32,000 nucleotides of DNA, from contig NC_010163.1 in the NCBI RefSeq assembly GCF_000018785.1, forward strand, positions 1,140,001 through 1,172,000. Direction: 5' to 3'. How positions within the stretch are numbered: the stretch's first letter is position 1; each line of letters begins with the position of its first letter. Below the pieces are notes generated by a model. The model saw nothing but the letters and a program-made list of their open reading frames with translations. It did not search any database and was not told the DNA's origin. This document shows positions 25,001 through 29,300 of the stretch, piece after piece. This DNA comes from Acholeplasma laidlawii PG-8A. Its GTDB lineage: Bacteria; Bacillota_I; Bacilli_A; Acholeplasmatales; Acholeplasmataceae. A program made the position numbers and the translations under genes.

Positions 25001-26310
25001 TGACCTGTTTGGTTCTTAGCTATTTGAAAGCTTAAGGATGTTTTAGTGTGTGGATAATTAATTGTAAATACATTACCCACAGGTGCAAGACCTTGAGGAT
25101 ATTCATTGGTTATAATTTTTATATTAGCGTCTGATGACCCTTTTTCACGTTTCACATATACAGGATAATTAGTTGTTGTTGAGCCGTTTTCAGCTGTAAC
25201 ATTGAAATCACCAATATGCGTAAATACATCTTGCTCGATGTTAGTTACTCTAATTTCATTTTTATCCAGTGTTGCAAAAGGATATGCTGTTGTAGCTAGT
25301 ATCTTTATATCATTTTCTGTGAAGGGTGTTACAATCTCATAGCGATTGTCTACACTGTTAAAAGTAATTGTTCCTAAATCACCTTGTGCTAGTTTAAGTT
25401 CGATTCCAGTATTTGTTGATTCACTACTGACAGTTAACTTGATTTCATAGATCTTTGTTGCATCCCCATCAGTAGTAGTAATTGTAATCGTATCACCTGT
25501 CTGATAATTAGTGGATGCTTTACTTTCAGTCTTGACATAGTTAGAACTACCTAAACTTGTTTTGGTAAAGACAGGATTGATGGTTAAACCACCAATACTG
25601 TCTTGATAATCTATTGTAATATTTTGCGTGATCTTGCCTTCTACTTCTGTAGCAGAAACATTGAATGGATATACTTTACTTGTTGTAGTTCCAGTAATGT
25701 TTAGTGCAGAGAGTGTTGCATCAGGGGTTGAGTTAGGATCTCCTATGATGATACTTGCCAACGAGATATCAGTTCCAGTGTATTCAATAGTTCCACTATC
25801 CCAACTTGCAGCTTCCATTATCATCTCAATTTCTAAATTCTCCGCCGGATCATTTTTGTTATATTTGATTAGTACAGTCGCAAGTTTTACTGGAGTAGTT
25901 GTAATAGATGCATCTGCTCCACCGCTAGTTGCTAGTATAACAGAATTATTTAGAGTACCACTATCAAACCAATTTTCAGGTCTACCTCCAGCAAATGGTA
26001 CATATGTACCTAGTGTTTCAACATAAGATATACCTTGTAGTTTACTGTTTGATGAAAAATCAAACTGAATGTTTGTTAATCTTTCTGTACTTCCTGTGAG
26101 TGACACAGCATATATATCTGCCCTAACAACATCACCATCATAAGGATCTTCAAAGTATTGTTGATCTAGATAAGCCTTTGTAAAGTTCTTTTGCCCACCT
26201 ATTTCAAAATAAATTTCCATTTTCGCTGATACTGCACTTGTTGATTGAATGTTCATTATGATTGTAGCTAAGAAAATAAACATCAGTGCAATTATTCTTT
26301 TATATTTCAT
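16048..26310 (-). CDS. Giant (about 3420 aa) cell-surface protein: signal peptide, cohesin-like domain, about 32 cadherin-like beta-sandwich modules, C-terminal TM anchor
   Basis: A 10.3 kb ORF uninterrupted in AT-rich DNA. Signal peptide KYKRIIALMFIFLATIIMNIQSTSAVSA. Repeating module signature L..L.V.G..L..F.P....Y.V.V......V.I.A....A.V...G...L..G.N.I.I.VTAEDG...YTI.V.R. C-terminal LLLTILLIISIILWVIAAMTYIL followed by KRIRKNNKKDKNQLIF. The ORF-track start at 26319 is a GTG. The ATG at 26310 is preceded by AGGTGA with 5 nt spacing. Confidence 0.9.
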   Translation of the reverse strand: MKYKRIIALMFIFLATIIMNIQSTSAVSAKMEIYFEIGGQKNFTKAYLDQQYFEDPYDGDVVRADIYAVSLTGSTERLTNIQFDFSSNSKLQGISYVETLGTYVPFAGGRPENWFDSGTLNNSVILATSGGADASITTTPVKLATVLIKYNKNDPAENLEIEMIMEAASWDSGTIEYTGTDISLASIIIGDPNSTPDATLSALNITGTTTSKVYPFNVSATEVEGKITQNITIDYQDSIGGLTINPVFTKTSLGSSNYVKTESKASTNYQTGDTITITTTDGDATKIYEIKLTVSSESTNTGIELKLAQGDLGTITFNSVDNRYEIVTPFTENDIKILATTAYPFATLDKNEIRVTNIEQDVFTHIGDFNVTAENGSTTTNYPVYVKREKGSSDANIKIITNEYPQGLAPVGNVFTINYPHTKTSLSFQIAKNQTGQTIKYKEVGTTTYKDYTTGIISKSSLETGETYSYEVVVTPESQFPDEVVTYIVNFVIEPSNDTSIKTGDIKVQESGLTAINLNITNLVYTVSNNSSEFVTLTIDPGSKREAKIGEGTYQSAQLIHQISVASLNYGTNNFILTIKAQDGTEKEYTIKIEKKSDQAELESIIFRTDDGTVIANLDDFTFISSENKYTYSFDYGLFPSNLKLETKTSTKSIIKGTTTNQLITPLDFSGMYEVIKTTSLEVTSENGAVVKNYTIQITRTAADSNNDISAINIGGLPFSQFQIGDSNVTYNKVIVEPVGGINTLNFEVLLPTTSKATIKVGSTTFTKNETGRYSTNIPFVRGIEQNVTIIVTAQNGEKNTIIIPFVVATNDTTLKSLNIEGTDFVFDPAKLNNTININYSFNSNVTITASPQNVDSKVYIDGQVRINDTYVKAIGNGTTTFKVWVESEAGTKGSEYVINIVRAQAKTDNSLESFVLKTNNGEIIDLSFLSSKTNYTVTIDDRDELWPLIYSAEVNEQNYAYIGTKGTTSLIDQQFNVLSGATSNLTIQVYSEGGVLKTYTISIKRANDVKTFESVTVSGTGFVTQTFTAQEFISGVLDIGNIAYNVDRLNITFNMVDGSKSMITSNFIGDNQTGIWLFSKTGVIEGQFRVKSQAGNFGEYLKIRVNRQVAQSHKNLDDLEVMVNGNNILLDFDPTTNTYTLRVDRQVNTVTFVATVLSSDRSSVQTPFSLTDTSGLNHRYTYTYNLNDPAAQPSNVIDIIVKAEDGTSNTYKVTIWRKNVEIGIDNIVIKNGSTVIYTGDILSVPNLGEFDFQTNQLTFIVTPKDRFARISFNGGTTLFADEDGLITYTHTLVVGTNQIITLRIQSDLLSTEYAAEAKSQNYNFTYTRKAASTLAELDSLEIIVGGINLLDGVFDSSIIRYEGEYLRVDRTHMSVQISAVGKEFSTVTGLGIKEIKPGITNSYTITVTSQSGTHSKEYTVYIVSKNDDHEINNIKGNSNDIGFIDSEFEYTLDNVLYTVSSLPIHVVLNDTFANYYVNGVKNATSIPLQYGNNIIEIYGESEYGTKSGNTYRLNVYRNEPYKDTDISSLSITNISNSQNITYKADGTNYLVELPDTSSISNVKVDIELKNTDKQVLESTFNLSNIVLTYNGEGGLDQTITFKVSAEDNSTKTYQIRFVKNIVLSSDNSLSNVSIKNQDNQVVTFPFDELLANNSVVLNLPYSQKSLNIEITPTHNKAQVTPNKLNNISLVVGENTFEFSITAEDGTVSDPYTITIHRQAASKEINLNNLTVTDPLNSGLYLLGLDTLSPKGITFNPTTKTYNIKLDETYINEEIIINIVKGHIAQTITGPINAPLTLNHGTNRFEIFIKAEDETVTQGKYTIIIEVLYKSNSLQSLTVDGKALTVQDVNYFDTEKESVTITPVLTHQAHGSFVIKDSLGNVVTNTPNLNFDENVFTIEIKNEYGEIVKTHTLEITRLKSSEKTLSNVSLIGSNGTNYITFDPLTLTYTVEVPQNVEHVTLGAIIPAKATATGLGKYIINLDETITITFKVTAEDGSESEIYTIGVTRRALSTNNHLEEISIIDTLDPTNYLIGISGKNPDIVFDKTTNNYVINLGLEYLDIKYRNLIIRYVKSDTYQTVDKTNPSTLTLNKGANVFVVTVLAEDSINTQPFIYTITINVLNKENDLKHLTINGDVQDTSSNEIHYTTEEEQANILSESLFNDGSIILKDKVGKVITSPLNLEMGENKVSVEVLNAYNEVVQVYEVIITRLASSDNEFTATLTGTSGAQLLNFDKDIETYNINVDYLTTEVTLAIVKNAKATSFGEGVYTLVSGETKEITFYVEAENGDVSPLYTVYVTRLFNTEDKLANLGIKTNLEDLLTTANFDPENNLYQFSLNEYHTNVTFSYIANYGQTLSGTPFNVAQPLTHGLNVFEIEVQPEDLAIEAFIIRVEITIINSEINLQNLFIDGVDRLLPGESIIRLEDVSSDKKTLDIEAVLTDLYGTVKINGNLSEHFILDILPGENTIKIDVTSEDGSTTKTYTVLVKQLLDDLDTLDNILVKTQDNLYLLGDASVNPQIVFDALTNTYKFVVNETVEHIMIDVTNASTKQTVTGDLRIPLNIKHGINRFEISVQPEDLNKPARTYLIEVEKVNDEILIDQLLVGQTDIYEEGVLDYVMDSVTNDQKTIKVIPMISNFGTYVIYDTEGNLVQDHDVNLSFGQNTIRIVFTSESGKTTKTITLTIEQTYSSDNQIIDVRFFDASTNINRLNFDPEITTYDLEFPASTTIARLRVETHNKALVFINGVQEINTRKDFNLTSGNTITVKFYVIAENGDKGIEYTINVYKRKATDPVLSDNTNLLDVTIEIPINKLIFDFDPTIYEYNIQLPFGHDEMYIKGHTESKAATVFGEGAYALIPGLTKVIRLRVTAEDGTVAEKEYKFNITRALPNTDTTLKTLVIEDVNGNILAFDQSIFNPENRTYNITLNDDMKLNTVHVLAEKNHETQILYNTGIIQLHGEVEGYYNTIITVTVVAEDGSIGEYIIYVLHDLDFASLAEVKDISILGDDGISYFGLEFKNNIYVYEDILVPFNVDTTRLIVQTIGNVIYLDASNTEIEDNRLQSFGVGSQIVYRFRIESTNGSNTSEVYTIYVNRQLPDTNSLLETLEINGEMVRGFNPDIFEYTIVHPLQFEKYLDIYGVAQSDNSTVKGNDVYTLIEGQTRTITIEVKAQSGDVSSYKLHISYVNSNALLGELTVYEMIGEHDIQNTIPLLDDTLEYTIIIGKHTRYVNIKGFAKDQGGASIRGFGIREIGSEDTVVHITVTSGDGLEELTYVLTLRRDTSLSNLKEITLLQINNEEVITSDENDPFVYKYSLSNGTQSVKLNAVANNSSKVSINGSDFSTNNMGEIILTDIQESQVIKISVQAEDGSIQHYMVIIERVQQPSLLLTILLIISIILWVIAAMTYILKRIRKNNKKDKNQLIF
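16174..25734 (-). repeat. About 32 tandem, diverged coding repeats of about 100 aa (cadherin-like beta-sandwich modules)
   Basis: I counted 32 module ends of the type YTI.V.R / Y.V.I.K in the translation. 3187 aa divided by 32 gives about 100 aa per module. The repeats are diverged at DNA level; only the TAEDGT-coding cores recur. Confidence 0.8.
25735..26223 (-). other. Cohesin-like domain at the mature N-terminus of the giant protein
   Basis: The 163 aa after the signal peptide run GDVVRADIYAVSLTGSTERLTNIQFDFSSNSKLQGISYVETLG ... SVILATSGGADASITTTPVKLATVLIKY. This parallels the cohesin pattern GD.V.vpv......gi....f.l.yD...l......G ... dG.latv.fkv (compared from memory with C. thermocellum CipA cohesins). 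Confidence 0.5.
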
Positions 26311-26311
26311 A

Positions 26312-29300
26312 TTATTCACCTAAATTCATCGTGGTTGTTTGATTTTTGTCCCAAAAAGGGGTTTTCGAATTTAAATGGTTAATTAATGCGGTTTGATCTA
26401 ATACATTAATCTTCCCATCGCCTGTAGTGTCTGCGGCTAGTAGATTGGATAATAAGATTGGTTGTTTACGATTCAAGTGGTTAATTAGTGTGGTTTGATC
26501 CATAACATTCACTCTTCCATCGCCGTTAATATCACCTTTAAGTACAACATGTACTCTATCCGTAATATTTCCATTACTATCTTTAATAACTATCATACGT
26601 CCACTAGCAACTATATCTTGATCTGTTAATTCTTTACCATTTTTATCTAAGAAGTAAAGTTCTTTATTAACGAAGTTTTCCTTCAGGTTTGCCCAAGTTT
26701 GATTTTGGAATACACCCATCAAGTAAATTGGATTGGTTTCGTCATAATAATTTCTTTCTTCAATTGGTATAACACTTGTTACTTCTGCATGGAACATACC
26801 AAGCATACTTTCTGGTTTAAGTTTAATATAACTGTCGTATTCATAAACGGCAGTTAATTTAATACTACCTATAACTGTATTTGGTTTTATTTCTTCAATA
26901 TAGGTTCCAAGATCTTCATTTGCTAAAATATTTGCTTGACGTCTTGCCATTTGGCGCATGTCTTGTGATGTTTCATCTTGTTCTACCATGTACCAACCAA
27001 CAAACTTATAACCATTTTTGTTTGCTTGATTAAATCTGATGTAGTCTTCAATGGTATACATTGTTGGGTTGATTGCAAGCCCACCATTTAAGTCGTAGCT
27101 TATACCATAACTTATTGGTTGCCAGTATGCTGTTAAAACTAAACTACCAACATTATTATATGTAAATGAATCGCCATCACCATATGATGGTAAGACATTA
27201 CCATCAACAATCCAGCCCATAAAGTCATAACCTTTTCTTACATAACCAAGATCCGTTAGTACAACATTATCATCAAAGTTTACCGTCATTGGTGTCATTG
27301 AACCTTCCACAATGACTTCATCACCTTCGTTATAACCATCATTAAAGATAATGTTATATCTTCCTGCAACAAAGACCGCATGAACTGTCATATCACCTGT
27401 GACTCTATCAATGTGTTTATCCCAGTTTGTAAATCTGTAACCTGGTTTTTCAGGATCTGAAGGAATAATAGGACGTCCATTATAAGGGACAATAACTTCT
27501 TCATGTACTTCTTCACCGGACATATAAGTAACAACATATAGTCTTATCTCTTGATTAAATGCTGCTTCAAGTTGGATATCTTGTGTGACCGATTCTTCAA
27601 AGATATTAAATACGGTAGTACTTCCTTTAATCACCCAATGACTAAACACGAATGTGTATTGCATTGTTGGCAATTTACTTGGTATTTCAGTTGGTGGTAT
27701 TAATGTTTGTCCATGTAAAACAGTCAGTGTTTTAAATAAAGCACCATTACCATCAAACAGAGTCACTTTATATTCTTTATACACTTCTTTATAACGTGCA
27801 ACAAAGATCATATGCTCTGTTAGAATTTCAGGAACTACCTTATCCCAACCATCAAATGCATAATCAAAACCTTCACCACCTGGTTTGTTGACTACATTTG
27901 GTTCTATAATTGGGTCCCCATAGGCACCTACAATTTGTTTTAGGATGGTTGTTTGATCATCATCATAGAATGTATAAATAAACTTCCTTGGTGTACCTAA
28001 GTACTGAGTTTGTACAATTAAGTCCTCTGTAATAAAACTAAATGTCTTATCCCAACCAGAGAATACATAAACTGTACTTGTTGTTGATGATTTTACTGGT
28101 ATGTCATCAGTATTTGGTTCTACAGCACCTTCACCGTATTTGACCATTTGTTTTTCAATGACATGACCAAATTCATCAATAAATGTGACTTCATATTCTT
28201 GTAAATGATTGTAAAAAATTGCTTTAATTGTAATATCTTCATACACTTTAACTGTTAAAGTTTCCCACATTCTAAAAGTGTAATAATATTGTTTGTTTGG
28301 ATCTTTTGTTGGTGTATTTAAAGGCATTTTAGGAGTAGCACCATAATAAACTTCTTGCTCATCAAATACATTTCCGTTACCATCTAAGAAGGTTACTATG
28401 TAAACTCTTAAGTGTTCTTCATAATATGGATAATAATTCTCATCTGATGTAACAACTTCATTAAATACTGGATTCCAACTTATAAATTCATAGCTAAATT
28501 GTCTATCTGCTGGTTTTATTGGACCACTTGGTGCCATAATCACTTGACCATAGGTTGCAGTGATGGTGCTAATAATTGTTGTAGTATCATAATCATAAAA
28601 TGTTAATGTATAAATACGTTCGATCTTTTCATAATATAGTTCTGTTACAATATCTTCTGTAACATTATCAAATTTGACACTCCAACGTATCATGTAGTGA
28701 TAATAGTTATCACTTTCTAATATTGGTACATCTGGTGCTTTAGCACTACTGCCTTTATTTACTAATTCTTCTTTAATGATAATACCTTTATCGTTTTTAA
28801 AGATAACTAAGTACTGTCTTGTAACCATATCAAATATTGGTCTAACAATTAAATCACTTGTAACAACATCATAGTTTACATCCCATGATTTAAAGACGTA
28901 AGATACATCATCTGTTGGTGTTTTAGAAGGTATACCATTTGGTGTTATAGCACTTTGTCCATAACTAATTGTTTGTTCATCGAAGACATTTCCATTGCCA
29001 TCTAAGAATGTGACTTGATAGGTTGTTTTTACATAATTATAGGTTGGATAGATTTCTAAGTTCTCTGTAACATAATTAGATGGTTCGGACCATCCTGTAA
29101 ACAGAAAGAAGAAATCAGGATTTGGACTTACCTTAATTGGAGTAGTTGGCTCAAATGCCTTAGAACCATATTCGATGATTTGCGTATCACCAATTTGGTT
29201 ATTTAATGCATCATAGAATCTAACTTCATAGTATCTATTTACCTCACTATATAGTGCATAAATAGTTCTATTTTCTCTAACATTTATTAGATCTTGATCC

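Noticed and set aside
18572-26026. Several 65-132 aa plus-strand ORFs (18572-18790, 18815-19177, 20564-20761, 23795-24121, 25628-26026) antisense to the giant gene
   Set aside because: All are embedded in a 10 kb ORF with a strong repeat-domain signature. Their translations are Ser/Val/Phe-rich mirror images of the T/N/E/I-rich sense frame. I see no SD sequences or family motifs.
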